In this document: positions 44,826-55,589 of the stretch, in pieces | How positions within the stretch are numbered: the stretch's first letter is position 1 | Layout: every line of letters begins with the position of its first letter | Virus record (IMG/VR): IMGVR_UViG_3300020473_000011 | Location: 124,001 to 188,000 of that record | Length of the DNA stretch: 64,000 bases | Direction: 5' to 3' (one strand) | The notes under the pieces: model-generated | The model's database searches: none | What the model was told of the DNA's origin: nothing | What the model saw: the letters and a program-made list of their open reading frames with translations, nothing else | Program-made: the position numbers and the translations under genes

Positions 44826-45890
44826 TTAGCCGCGTTTAAAGACAAACGTTAATGCGACATCGCTAAGTTGCGGGTCGCCTATGCTTGTAGACTTTAACAC
44901 GAGGCGTTCACCTACGTTAAACACAGTCTCAGGATATGTCGCAGTCACAGCCCCATTTGAGTTAATAGTAAGGATTCCAAGCTGGATAGACCCCTTATAG
45001 ACCTCAATACCAAGGGCACTCTTTGGTCTAGTCATACACTTACCCACGCAGTCCTCAAAGTTAGCTTTCAATGTTAGCCGCTGTGGTACCCTAAATTGGA
45101 GTAATCGCTCGCTAGAAGGAATGCCACCCTCTATGAATACTGATAAGTCATAGGACTCACCCACCAGCTCATTGATTCGGTTACCCTCGTCAGCCCCTAG
45201 AAATCTGTCGACTAAAACAGGGGAGTGAGAAACAGCCACCTTCGTTATCGGTAGATAACCTCCCTCATCTATCTTACAGTACGCATATTGGTACGGTGTC
45301 GGATCCGTAACGACCATGACCAACTCTTTCGCACCTCGCCCGCCGTGCTCGGCAGGGCGGTAGGTTAGCGATTCGACAATCGGAAATGAAGAACCCGTGT
45401 GACCCGCACGCAAAGTAAAAGTATACTCGTCGGAAGCTGACTCAAAATGGTCGGGTAACTCAATACGTAAGTAATTTATTACACGAGGCTGTCCGAAATC
45501 AGAATCATCATTTCCTATATTGTCAGTATTCTTGCCTGAATCTCTGGGGTGTGGGTACCAGTACTTTTCAGCCGTTGGGTTCGCCTCGTCGGTATGTAAG
45601 ACGTCTTCTTTCAGCACTGCATTCGAGTAGACTGATGACATGTTACGTATGATTGTCTCTAAATGACGAAGGTCGCCACGGTCGCCCGAAACAACCAGTG
45701 AGTTGATGTTATCAACCTGCTGGTTAAATTCGCCATCGTCATCCACATTGTCACCCGAAGCACTAACTTCAATCAGGTCACCTTGTCGGGACATGATGTA
45801 GCGCTTGTTCGGATCTAACACGTTCTTTTTACCGTCCCGTCCCATAAGGAATAGGTCACGCAAACTATGCTTACCTGACTTAGTTGTCAT
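44826..45890 (-). CDS. Putative virion structural protein (paralog of 45900..46952)
   Basis: Shared GDRGDLR..ETI.RN.S and YDLS.FI.G motifs. Confidence 0.75.
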   Translation of the reverse strand: MTTKSGKHSLRDLFLMGRDGKKNVLDPNKRYIMSRQGDLIEVSASGDNVDDDGEFNQQVDNINSLVVSGDRGDLRHLETIIRNMSSVYSNAVLKEDVLHTDEANPTAEKYWYPHPRDSGKNTDNIGNDDSDFGQPRVINYLRIELPDHFESASDEYTFTLRAGHTGSSFPIVESLTYRPAEHGGRGAKELVMVVTDPTPYQYAYCKIDEGGYLPITKVAVSHSPVLVDRFLGADEGNRINELVGESYDLSVFIEGGIPSSERLLQFRVPQRLTLKANFEDCVGKCMTRPKSALGIEVYKGSIQLGILTINSNGAVTATYPETVFNVGERLVLKSTSIGDPQLSDVALTFVFKRG

Positions 45891-45899
45891 ATAGTCCTC

Positions 45900-46952
45900 C
45901 TAGTAGCTGTCAGCCTCAACACGGTCGAAACTGAGTGTTGCTGATATATTACTTAGCTTGCTGTCGACATCTGATGGAGCTTTTAGGACAAGCCAGTCAC
46001 CTGCATCAAGGATCGTTTCTTCTATTTCGCTAAAAATCACAGCACCTGCTGCTGTGAAAGTTATACTCCCTATCTCAACGTCATTCAGCTGAACTGACAC
46101 GGTGGTATCGGCCGAAGGTAGTGTCGCGGGTGTGAAAAAGAAACCATCAAAGTTTCTGCGAATACGCAGCTGCTTTGGCACCGCCAATACATAAAGATAC
46201 TGATCGGCCGTCAAAGTGCCATCAATGAAAAGGCTCAGGTCGTACTCTTTGGCCACAAGGCTTTCTAAGTTACCTGCTTTGTCTTTTTCAAAGAAGCGTG
46301 GCACTGATTTGTCTCGAAGCATAAACACGACACCTGTTATTGGTGTTGCATTTAATGGATCAGGCTCGACGGGTTCTTCTCCCTCAGCTGGTGGCTCTAC
46401 CTCACCTAACGGCTCTTCATCACCCTGTACAATCTTAAAGAAACGGTACTTAGGCGCTGTCGTATCTACATCGACCGCTTGCGCTGTCGAGGCTGTGAAG
46501 GTATGCGTTACGGCGTCACCGATTTGCTCCCACACGACATTGTCGTTACTTCCATAGAGTGTGAATGACACTGACTTACCGTTGGTACCCACAATGCGAA
46601 CCTTATGACAGTAGGCAAGACCACCCACAGCAAAAGACGCGTTGTTGTTAACCTGTGCCGACATTGACTCAGGTGTGATCGTGTAAAGCTCACTCTGGTC
46701 TACCATACGGTTAAACAGTACCGATAGGTTACGCGTGATGGTCTCTATTTGACGCAGGTCACCACGGTCACCGAGCATCACAAGCGCGTTCGGGTCGTCG
46801 ATATAGCTATCGAAGTCGGCGGTGTCCGCTAGCGGCATAGCTTTAAGCGCTCCTGAACTAGTCAACGCATAGCGTTTACCTGCCTCAAGCTTTGTTGAAC
46901 CACCACCACGACGAATTACGAATAAGTCATTAAGTTTGTTTGTATTAGACAT
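45900..46952 (-). CDS. Putative virion structural protein with a discoidin-like segment
   Basis: FTLYGSNDNVVWEQI...YRFFKI; paralog of 44826..45890. Confidence 0.75.
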   Translation of the reverse strand: MSNTNKLNDLFVIRRGGGSTKLEAGKRYALTSSGALKAMPLADTADFDSYIDDPNALVMLGDRGDLRQIETITRNLSVLFNRMVDQSELYTITPESMSAQVNNNASFAVGGLAYCHKVRIVGTNGKSVSFTLYGSNDNVVWEQIGDAVTHTFTASTAQAVDVDTTAPKYRFFKIVQGDEEPLGEVEPPAEGEEPVEPDPLNATPITGVVFMLRDKSVPRFFEKDKAGNLESLVAKEYDLSLFIDGTLTADQYLYVLAVPKQLRIRRNFDGFFFTPATLPSADTTVSVQLNDVEIGSITFTAAGAVIFSEIEETILDAGDWLVLKAPSDVDSKLSNISATLSFDRVEADSY

Positions 46953-46983
46953 ACTGCCTCCTAACGTATGACAGTGACAGCGG

Positions 46984-48150
46984 TTAAGCTGTCACAATTT
47001 CTAGTTCGTCATTTGCAGCAAGGTCTACTAGTACTTCAATCGTGGTTTCATCGACGATGTTATACTCGTTCTTACGCAGAAGCTGACGATTAAGGTACAC
47101 AGTCACAAAGTTAGGTTTAATAACCACAGGCTCAGGTAGGCCACCCTCTCCATCGAAGGTGAAGGTGTGCATCGTATCAGAAGCTGAACTCACGTATTTT
47201 ACGTTTGAGTGCTTCATGATCATTTCTGACGCAATTTGTGCAACGAAGTCAAATTCACCCGTTTCACCGTTTTTCTTCTTAACGATAGTAGCGTCGCCAC
47301 TGGTATCGAACCAAATATCGTTCGTCCCTGCTGATTCTACGTCAGGCTCGATGTCGCCACCATACACGATGGTTTGTGTCATGGTTTCACCCGTAGCAGA
47401 CTTACCGCTTCGAAGGTTGGCCACCTCTACCTCAGTAAAGGTTTGCGCTGGGTGAGCTTCTAATGTTTCGATGTCTGGTGCGTCAACAATGTCTGACCAT
47501 TGGACAGTCGTTAGCTTTGACTCTAGGTCGGCTAGGCGTTGCGCTGTGATCTCAGGGTCAACGTTATTCTCTAGCATGTATTCAAGAATACCGATGCGGT
47601 CGCTGTTCTCTTGGATCCACGTACTTAGATTCGTACCGCCAACCGTCACACCTGATGCGTCAAGTATCACGTGGTCACTTGCTACATTTAAGTGTTGATT
47701 AAGCGTCAGCTTCTCTGCATAACCATCCGTCGTTTCAAGGCGTGGTACCCACAAATCTGAGTGAGCAAATACAACAACCTTACCCTTCATCGCTGTACCG
47801 AGTGTTAGCTCGAAGTGGTCATCGTCTACAAAGTTAGCATTGGCCTGCATTAGGCGACCGTTTTGGTCGTATACAAAGTAGATTAAGTCAGTCGTACCGT
47901 AGTTATGCGATACATTCCACACTTGTGCCGCAATCGCTTGATAGTGGACATGTGATGATTTTCTGTTCGTTAGTGGGAACCACGTCTCAACTCCACCAAG
48001 CGACGCGTAGATGTACAAAATACCATCTACCAATGCAAACTGTCCCGCAGACGGTGTAAGCGGGAACTCAGTCATATCGTCGAAACTTAGTGATGCGTTG
48101 CCGTGCATTCGCAGGTGCGTGCGTACAAGCAATTCTTGCGGTGCTGCCAT
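46984..48150 (-). CDS. Putative fibre/decoration protein
   Basis: WNVSHNYG module, WSDI, DIWFDT and VYLNRQLL...EY motifs typical of phage fibres. Confidence 0.7.
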   Translation of the reverse strand: MAAPQELLVRTHLRMHGNASLSFDDMTEFPLTPSAGQFALVDGILYIYASLGGVETWFPLTNRKSSHVHYQAIAAQVWNVSHNYGTTDLIYFVYDQNGRLMQANANFVDDDHFELTLGTAMKGKVVVFAHSDLWVPRLETTDGYAEKLTLNQHLNVASDHVILDASGVTVGGTNLSTWIQENSDRIGILEYMLENNVDPEITAQRLADLESKLTTVQWSDIVDAPDIETLEAHPAQTFTEVEVANLRSGKSATGETMTQTIVYGGDIEPDVESAGTNDIWFDTSGDATIVKKKNGETGEFDFVAQIASEMIMKHSNVKYVSSASDTMHTFTFDGEGGLPEPVVIKPNFVTVYLNRQLLRKNEYNIVDETTIEVLVDLAANDELEIVTA

Positions 48151-48221
48151 AACATCTGTTCCTATGTTAAGTAAGTTAAAGTGTTAAGTTCTCGTGCTCA
48201 TACTCATTAATCTTTTACTAC

Positions 48222-48491
48222 CTATTCTTTGGTAGTGGCTTCGCGACTGATCAGGTCTGCGTCTACGCCTATAATCCGTTGCACTACGTCTGGGTTGTCA
48301 TAACCCAGCGATACTTCGTATAACAGACTGAGTAATTCATACTGCTGCTGTACGAAGATTATCTGTTCTTCCATAGATGGCTGCTCGTCGCCATCCTTGT
48401 TTAGGTCGCCATTGAACTGCTTTATTTGTTTTTGTAGCTGGCGTACCCAGCCTGATAGTTGAACGTCTTTGGCATTTGCTGTTATACGCAT
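48222..48491 (-). CDS. Hypothetical protein
   Basis: 89-aa ORF in the operon. Confidence 0.6.
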   Translation of the reverse strand: MRITANAKDVQLSGWVRQLQKQIKQFNGDLNKDGDEQPSMEEQIIFVQQQYELLSLLYEVSLGYDNPDVVQRIIGVDADLISREATTKE

Positions 48492-48500
48492 GACTAGTAC

Positions 48501-48806
48501 CTACTGCTTGTTTAAAAGTTTTTGCTGACGCTCAAAGCGACGTTTGGCTTGTTTAAGCACAGGGTCTTCGGCCTGCATCTTTAGCAGCTTGGCATAGTCA
48601 ATCTTGCCCTCACCCAAGATAAGGCGCTCAAGACGCTCGTAGAAGCGTTTAAGGAAGGTGATAGCCTCAGATAAGTCTGAGGAAGATACGTTACCCGCAA
48701 TGATGGCCGCTTGTACTTCTTCTAGGGCTTCATCTAATGCGCGTAGGACATCTTCTTTTGTTCGTAAACCTGTAATTGGCTTACGGTAAAAATCGAAAGT
48801 AATCAT
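48501..48806 (-). CDS. Hypothetical protein
   Basis: 101-aa ORF in the operon. Confidence 0.6.
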   Translation of the reverse strand: MITFDFYRKPITGLRTKEDVLRALDEALEEVQAAIIAGNVSSSDLSEAITFLKRFYERLERLILGEGKIDYAKLLKMQAEDPVLKQAKRRFERQQKLLNKQ

Positions 48807-48903
48807 TGTACAACTGCCTCAGTAGTCTCATAAAAAGAAAGGGGCGGGCACCTTCGCACCTGCCCCTCGCTAGATAGCTTACGCTAGGCTACTAACCCAA
48901 GGC

Positions 48904-51204
48904 TTACGCCGTAGGATCAGTAAACTGACGGATAGCATCAACTGACACTTTAACGTTTGCCGCAGCTGATAACGTTACTGTGATTTCGTTGTTGCTCTCT
49001 TCCGTTACAAGCGCCAAGTCATTGTAGAACTTGCCGTCTTCACGCTGGATCCAAACTGTGATGTCCACAATCGGCGCATCTAGGTTGTGCTGGATGCTGT
49101 GCACAAGCGATTCGCCTGCTGATACATACGAGAACTTGTTCGCGTTAAGCTGTGACACAACGTTAGATGTGTCTGTCGCCGCTTTAACAAGACCTGCGTT
49201 TAGTGCCGCATCCAAGTCAACCACAGCACCAAAGATGCTTGCTGAATCCTGTAGGTACGTTGTTGCACTTGTGTCAGGCATAGCGCCTGTTACAAGTAGA
49301 CCTGCACCTGCTCGGATAGCCGTATCTTCTGACGCACGGTCTGAGATTTCTTGAGCTAGACCATCAGCTACTACTTTAAGCTGCGTATCTAAGATCATAT
49401 CAGCGTCTTTCAATGACGTTGCTGTGTTAACGTAGTTCGCTTCTGGTACAGCTACAAACGTGCCATCTTCTTCAAGACCTGCACCCGTCTGAGTTGTATT
49501 AAGCTCATTTTGAAGAGCTGTGTCAGCATCACCACGTGCTGTTACTTCGGCAGTCAGGCCATCAGCCACAGCTTTTAGCTCGGCATCTAGCTTCACGGTA
49601 GAACCATGGATAGATGTTTCAGCCGCAATGTAGTTTGCACCTGTCGCTGGAACGTAGTTACCTGCGGTATCAACACCAACACCAGCTTGCGTCAGGTCTA
49701 ACTCAGACTGTAGATTACTTGACGCGTTCAGTACTTCGTCTGCTACGCGTAGACCGTCGGCGGTCTTAACAAGCGTTGTACCATCAATCTTCACTTCAAG
49801 CTTAGAAGCAGCCGTCGTAGAAGCTGTCATACCATCTTCTGTAGTAAATAGACCCGCGCCGAAGTCAATACCGATCTCATCTTCTGGTGTCTCAACAATA
49901 CCTGCACCGAAGTTTAGGAATAGTTCGTTACCTTGTTTTGAGATACCAGCGCCTGCGATAACTTGACCTGCACCCGAGAACTGCTCGAAGTTAAGTTCTG
50001 ACACGCCGACCTCTACAAGGCCATCGGTGATCAGTACATAACCGTTGTTCTCCGTTACCGTACCTTCTTCAACAAACGTAAAGAAGCCACTAGTTACTTC
50101 AACATCTTCGTTTGCATCTTCTGAGCGCTCCCACGCGCCTTCGGCAGCAATGTAGATACCATTTTCAGCTGGGTTAGTCTGACCCATTAACAATACGCGG
50201 TCGCCTGCAACGGTCTGAACGTCATCTACGATAAGTAGGCCACTAGTCACAATGTCGATGTTGTCTAGTGCACCAACACGTACCGACTTCTTAACGTCAA
50301 GACCTGTCGCTACTGAGTCAACGTATGCCTTGTTAGTTAAGTCATCAGCTTCCTGTGGCGCATAAGAAGACTTAACGGCGTTATCACCCATGTTCAGGTT
50401 ACCCGTCATCGTATCGCCAGCTTTGTTCACGCGCTCAGCTACGGCTGCGTCATTGGCTGTCTTGTACGACGCTAGGGCATCACCAACTTTCTTTACTTCT
50501 GCATCTAGCAGCGTATCGGCAGCTTTCAAGCTGGCAGTTTCACCTGCGCTTGTGAAGTCCGCCGTTTTAAGGAAGTTTGAGGCTTCATTAGGCGCATAGG
50601 CACCTGAGGCTTCAAGACCTGCTGCGGCCTGCGTCGCATCTAGTTCGTCTTGAATACTCTGTGATGACACTGAACTTGCTTCGGCATTGGCGTCGATTTG
50701 TGCAACCATCGCGTCTAATGACGATTTTAGTGTACCTGCTGCTAAAGTGAAGAAACCTTTCTCACCTGTAGCGCCTTCGTAACCGATTGCGTTAGCGCCT
50801 TTACCAGCCGCAGTATCAGCTAAGTCGGCTGTAGCCTTCTTCTCTGCATCAATGGCTTGTACAAGTGCATCAAGTGCTACGTCAAGCGTACCAGCTGCAA
50901 CCGTAAACGAACCGTTAGCGCCTGCGGCACCGTCGTAGCCAACTTTCTTAGCACCCGAAGCATCGGCTTCTGTAGAGGCAAGCTCTACTAGGAACGCTGC
51001 GAACTCTTCGCCTGTTTGGAAAGTCAGTGTCTGCTGAGCACCACCGCTGTCTGTGACAGACATGCGATATACTTTGTCGGTACCGTTATACCAAATGCGG
51101 CCTTCATCTGGTGCAATTGGGTCGGCATTTAGGTTTTCGATAACTAGGTTTTCAAACGCGGCATTCGCTGCCAGCGTAATACCGTGATAAATTGGATATG
51201 TCAT
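48904..51204 (-). CDS. Ala-rich fibre protein with internal repeats
   Basis: Repeats ELD.TQ.GAGL...G.Y...NY...TS...AD..LD..LK; NKAYVD; GDRVLL.GQT...ENGIY domain; C-terminal HNL module. Confidence 0.8.
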   Translation of the reverse strand: MTYPIYHGITLAANAAFENLVIENLNADPIAPDEGRIWYNGTDKVYRMSVTDSGGAQQTLTFQTGEEFAAFLVELASTEADASGAKKVGYDGAAGANGSFTVAAGTLDVALDALVQAIDAEKKATADLADTAAGKGANAIGYEGATGEKGFFTLAAGTLKSSLDAMVAQIDANAEASSVSSQSIQDELDATQAAAGLEASGAYAPNEASNFLKTADFTSAGETASLKAADTLLDAEVKKVGDALASYKTANDAAVAERVNKAGDTMTGNLNMGDNAVKSSYAPQEADDLTNKAYVDSVATGLDVKKSVRVGALDNIDIVTSGLLIVDDVQTVAGDRVLLMGQTNPAENGIYIAAEGAWERSEDANEDVEVTSGFFTFVEEGTVTENNGYVLITDGLVEVGVSELNFEQFSGAGQVIAGAGISKQGNELFLNFGAGIVETPEDEIGIDFGAGLFTTEDGMTASTTAASKLEVKIDGTTLVKTADGLRVADEVLNASSNLQSELDLTQAGVGVDTAGNYVPATGANYIAAETSIHGSTVKLDAELKAVADGLTAEVTARGDADTALQNELNTTQTGAGLEEDGTFVAVPEANYVNTATSLKDADMILDTQLKVVADGLAQEISDRASEDTAIRAGAGLLVTGAMPDTSATTYLQDSASIFGAVVDLDAALNAGLVKAATDTSNVVSQLNANKFSYVSAGESLVHSIQHNLDAPIVDITVWIQREDGKFYNDLALVTEESNNEITVTLSAAANVKVSVDAIRQFTDPTA

Positions 51205-51230
51205 ATCAAGTAGGTCCTTGCGGTGTCAAA

Positions 51231-53486
51231 TTAAATGTGAAACTCAACGTCAACCCACCCAGTCATTGCCTCGGTGAGCGTAACCACAAAACTCGTCTCA
51301 TTGACCACTTCGATTGAAGCGTACATAGGTCTACCCGAACTATTGTACAATCTTTCATTAAATGGTGCACCTATAAATTCGTGCTCCACCACCCAAACTT
51401 GCTGGGGTGTCTCAAAGTAGTAGCGTCTATAGACCGACGGTCTCGCTTCGCCAAATCGCTCAGTAAGCTGCTGGTCTACCATATCAGGTAGTGAAGCTGT
51501 CATTTGCAGATTTACGACGTTAGGTATTGTGTTATTCACTAACGCGTCAAGTTCTGGCTGTAGTGCTTCTTGCACCGTATTTTCTACTAGGCTAGGTAGC
51601 ACCGTTTCTAGCTGGTCTGCGACCTGCTGCTCGACAATTGGCGGTATAATTGCGTTAGCTGTGCTCTCGACCTCAGACCCTATCATAGGCAAGATCGTAC
51701 CGTTTAGCGCCTCAGTAATAAGAGTATCAGCCCGTGCATCAACCCGTGTCTCGATAGCCGCAGTAATAAAGCCGTCCTCTGCAAGGGCTATCTGTAAATT
51801 CGTGAATACCTGCTCTTGTACGGCCTCGGGTAGTACTGCATCAAGTACCTGTGCTATCTCACTCGGTAGTAGTGCTGGTAATTGCAGCTGTAGCTCGGCT
51901 GATACAGCCTCAGCTAGGTTCTCTAACAGTACGCCTTGCGCTAAGCTTGGAAAGGCTTCGCTGATGGTTGTCTCAACGGCCTCTTGAAGCTTACCGTTAA
52001 TGAGTTCCCATATTTCCTCGGCAGTCATGCTGCCACTTTCGAGGTCAAGCCCTGCCAGCGCTGCTGAGATAAGGCCGTTTGCCTGAGTCTCACTCAGACC
52101 CGACACGAGTCTCCAAATGTTATCCTCAGTGAGCACTGATGCTAGTTCAGTAGCGACGACCTCTGATGACTGTAGCCCTGACACTTCCTGTATAATTGGC
52201 CAGATAGTTTCCGCGTTGAGATAACCCTCGACGATGCTAGTTGCTTGATTACCCGCAGGGTCTCGCAACAGTGGCCAAAGCGTCTCCGCTGTGAGGTTAG
52301 CCTGCATTTCAGCTTGAACTGCATTTGGTACGACCGCGTCGACGTAGCCGCTCACAACCTCGTCGAGCGTTAAGTCAAGGTGTGCCTTAACCGCCGATGG
52401 AATTTGCAACGACACCTCGTCTCTTACAAAGACAGGCAGATCCGTCGCTAGCTTTTCAGCGACGGATTGGTCAATCTCGCTTTCTAAAGACGCAAGAATT
52501 GTTTCGCTGCTACTAGTGATCCCTTCCTGAATCGCATTAGGTAACTGCTCGGCAATCTTCGATTCAACAATAGGCGTCGCATACGTATTAATCGCCTCTG
52601 GCAGAATTGACTCAAGGGCTGTTTCAATAAGGCTCGGTAAACTACTGTCAATAAGTGCTACGACTTCGTCAGGCGTTAGCGACTGGTCGGCCGCAAGCGC
52701 CTCAGCTATACGTGCCTCAAACTCTGAGCGTAAGTCGTTCTGCAATGTCGTTAGTAAAGGCGTAACAATGCCTTGTGTGCGCTCATCAAAAAATGGGTAG
52801 ACGTTGCTCGTCATGTAGCCTTCGATGGCTACAGGTAAGCGTGCGTCAATAAGGCTATTGACCTGTTCTTCTGATAAGCCTGAGCCACCTTCACCGCCTG
52901 TGCCACTCCCTGTCGCAGCCGCGATACGGCGGTCTACTTCTGGGAAGATTGTACTTAGCGAATAATCATCCAAGATAGAAGGAAGCACGTCATTTAGTAC
53001 GACAGGTATTGCATCGGGAAGCTGTATGCTTATTTCGCTGGCTACGATTTCTTTTGTAGTGTTTGTTACGTAATCAACAGCAAAGTAAAGGTTTTGGTCT
53101 ACGTAGTCTTTAACGTCACCAATTGATACGGCGGTTCGTAGTTGAACTTGGTCAGGCCACGTTGCAAGGTCGTCAATATCCCATAGCGATAGAGACTCAC
53201 CTAGGTAGGGGTTATTTTCAAAGTACGTGCGCACATCACTCATAAAGGTGACAGTGCTATTGAACTCTACATTGTTTCCTTGTGCGAAGATTTGAGCGAC
53301 ATAGTCACCTACATAAGAGACGACTGTGCCCGCGTTAACCGCGCGCAAGGCTTGTTCTGATGCAGTAATGTCAACACTGTATTCAAGGATGACATTAGAA
53401 TCAAAAGTAAAGTAGTGCTCGCCGCTCCATTCATAATCGGAAAAGCTATCTACATCACTTCCTGATCCATAATCTAAACTTGCCAT
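51231..53486 (-). CDS. Very acidic helical-repeat virion protein
   Basis: Repeated LP..V/I...V/I motifs; C-terminal W.VEH module shared with neighbouring genes. Confidence 0.75.
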   Translation of the reverse strand: MASLDYGSGSDVDSFSDYEWSGEHYFTFDSNVILEYSVDITASEQALRAVNAGTVVSYVGDYVAQIFAQGNNVEFNSTVTFMSDVRTYFENNPYLGESLSLWDIDDLATWPDQVQLRTAVSIGDVKDYVDQNLYFAVDYVTNTTKEIVASEISIQLPDAIPVVLNDVLPSILDDYSLSTIFPEVDRRIAAATGSGTGGEGGSGLSEEQVNSLIDARLPVAIEGYMTSNVYPFFDERTQGIVTPLLTTLQNDLRSEFEARIAEALAADQSLTPDEVVALIDSSLPSLIETALESILPEAINTYATPIVESKIAEQLPNAIQEGITSSSETILASLESEIDQSVAEKLATDLPVFVRDEVSLQIPSAVKAHLDLTLDEVVSGYVDAVVPNAVQAEMQANLTAETLWPLLRDPAGNQATSIVEGYLNAETIWPIIQEVSGLQSSEVVATELASVLTEDNIWRLVSGLSETQANGLISAALAGLDLESGSMTAEEIWELINGKLQEAVETTISEAFPSLAQGVLLENLAEAVSAELQLQLPALLPSEIAQVLDAVLPEAVQEQVFTNLQIALAEDGFITAAIETRVDARADTLITEALNGTILPMIGSEVESTANAIIPPIVEQQVADQLETVLPSLVENTVQEALQPELDALVNNTIPNVVNLQMTASLPDMVDQQLTERFGEARPSVYRRYYFETPQQVWVVEHEFIGAPFNERLYNSSGRPMYASIEVVNETSFVVTLTEAMTGWVDVEFHI

Positions 53487-53599
53487 TCACAATCTCACAT
53501 TCTCATATTAAGCGGCCGCCGAAGCGACCGCATCACCAAAGCACTTGTTTAGTTCAGTTCTAATGTCCCTCGCATAACGCGTGCTTCACGTCCCACGGA

Positions 53600-53809
53600 T
53601 TAACCGCGTGGCGTGCTTGGGTAAAGCTTGCGAAGTTCGCAAAGCTCTAGGTCGTGGCGGTAACAACAAGAATTTGAGTAAGCTACTTCCCACTCAGTTA
53701 AGTCTTTGTCTGTTTCAAAGAAGAAACGACGGTTTTCAAATTTTTGTAGTACACAACCTTGCATTTTCATAAACGCCGCAAGGCCAAGACGATGTGTGCT
53801 GATCACCAT
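53600..53809 (-). CDS. Small hypothetical protein
   Basis: AGGAG RBS; LGLAAFMKMQG...FFFE. Confidence 0.6.
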   Translation of the reverse strand: MVISTHRLGLAAFMKMQGCVLQKFENRRFFFETDKDLTEWEVAYSNSCCYRHDLELCELRKLYPSTPRG

Positions 53810-53917
53810 AACTGGCTCCTATCATTCAATTCGGTATAAAAGATTACGTCTCACTTTCACATTTACTACGCGCAATCATATTTGCGTGACCTTGGCGCAA
53901 TATCGCCCTCAATCTCA

Positions 53918-54550
53918 CTATTTGTACAAGATGTAGATCCCATACAAGTTTCTTTTCGTGCTGCCTGCCACTGCACCTGCATTGACAGGAAGGGTTAGTC
54001 TAAGCTGTATCTTTGAGAACCCATCGGATGCGCGTATTTCTGTGTCAGCATCAATGCTGTACCACGTATCTTCATCGTTAATGCGGACTTCGATAACCAT
54101 GTCTTCGTAGTTAGGGATGGTCGACACCCAAAAACGTCTAGGCATTCTATCTTTATAGTATCGGCTAGATACTGCTAAGCGTCGTGTGACTAGCTTTGCT
54201 AGCCCGTTGGACGTATCAAACTCTGCATTATAGGGTTCGAGTGTACAATTCTCTGAGCTTTCCATATCGATCAGTTGCAGCTCGTCAAACTTTATGAGTT
54301 CCAGTAACGGCAAACCCGACACGAGCGAAACGTAGGTCGAGTAGCTGTACACCAGATAAGGTACCAATAGTAGATCACGGTCGCGCATTGCTTTTTTCAG
54401 CAAGGCTTCGTCCACCATTGGGATCCCGTTAAAACGCAAAGTATTGTTCGCGTCGGAGTCCAGACTATCAAGCACGCGTTGGTTCGGATGACGATGGTCA
54501 CGGCTACCCGTTTTAGACGGTATAACAACGGTTTTTCTGCTTACAGTCAT
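53918..54550 (-). CDS. Putative structural protein
   Basis: HRHPNQRVLDSL motif; C-terminus similar to that of 54719..55585. Confidence 0.65.
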   Translation of the reverse strand: MTVSRKTVVIPSKTGSRDHRHPNQRVLDSLDSDANNTLRFNGIPMVDEALLKKAMRDRDLLLVPYLVYSYSTYVSLVSGLPLLELIKFDELQLIDMESSENCTLEPYNAEFDTSNGLAKLVTRRLAVSSRYYKDRMPRRFWVSTIPNYEDMVIEVRINDEDTWYSIDADTEIRASDGFSKIQLRLTLPVNAGAVAGSTKRNLYGIYILYK

Positions 54551-54718
54551 GTCTCATTACTCTCGATGTCTCAGTTCTTTTGTACAATGTCTACAGCGTT
54601 GGACTGCCCTATAACAGCGGTTAGTCCCGAACTAGTAAAAACTCTACTCGTTCTATTGTACAACGATTGCGTTAAGCTAAGCTACCGAATATCGGCCGCA
54701 AGTTGCAAAAAACGCACT

Positions 54719-55585
54719 TTAGTTATGTACAATGACATAACCATTAAATGTTCTACGCATTGGGTCGCCATTAGCAGGTGCGTAAATAAAGCGTAGAGTG
54801 ATTGTGTCGCTACCCTTCGTAAAGATCACACCACCAGTGAAGCTTTCCCACCGTGTACCACCATCGAGTGAATACTCGATGTTTAAATTGTTAGTATCAG
54901 GTAGCATCGCAATGTGCACAGAATTTGCCGTCGTACGCTCAAGCAACCTGTGCTCGATAGTCTGTAAGATTGGCGCTTCTGCGGTACCTGCTGTGAGGTC
55001 TACCCTAAACGGTGCATGTTCAAAACCTTTCGACTTTTCAACGTTGATGCCTTCTGTGGTCTGGAAATCATCAATTACGGCATAATCCAAGTTATAGCGC
55101 TGTGCTGCATACGACGCGTAAGCACGTAGTAGCATTGCATTTGTGTCCCCGTCACCACTAGGTATCGTACGTCCTAGGCTATCAGGGTCACCGATAAGCG
55201 CACGCTGATTAGGCGTATTAGCCTCAACAAGCTTATTGTTTACATGACGCTCTTGCGCGGCTAACTTACCGTACATTGTCTCTAAGCGCTGTATGTTCGG
55301 GTACTTAATCGTAGCACCCGCCACCAGTTGGCTAGGAATAACCAAGTTGTTATAGGCCATTAAGATCCACCAGTACTCGGTAGAGCCAAATAACTTATAA
55401 GCGATGACGTCAGGGCGACCTTCGTCTTCTACAACAACGTAGGTACCTGCCATCGGCATACGTGCCAACTCTGCAAGAAAGTGCGAGTCTAAGATGTCGT
55501 ACACGCCACCTTTTTCACTGTAGCGTATCAACTTCTCTGGCGCATAGCGCTTTTCGGTCTGTTTGTTTATGTCAATGTAAAACAA
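54719..55585 (-). CDS. Baseplate wedge protein, T4 gp53/LysM-like N-terminus
   Basis: EGRPDVIAYKLFGSTEYWWILMAYNN...GATIKYP. Confidence 0.8.
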   Translation of the reverse strand: MFYIDINKQTEKRYAPEKLIRYSEKGGVYDILDSHFLAELARMPMAGTYVVVEDEGRPDVIAYKLFGSTEYWWILMAYNNLVIPSQLVAGATIKYPNIQRLETMYGKLAAQERHVNNKLVEANTPNQRALIGDPDSLGRTIPSGDGDTNAMLLRAYASYAAQRYNLDYAVIDDFQTTEGINVEKSKGFEHAPFRVDLTAGTAEAPILQTIEHRLLERTTANSVHIAMLPDTNNLNIEYSLDGGTRWESFTGGVIFTKGSDTITLRFIYAPANGDPMRRTFNGYVIVHN

Positions 55586-55589
55586 ATGC

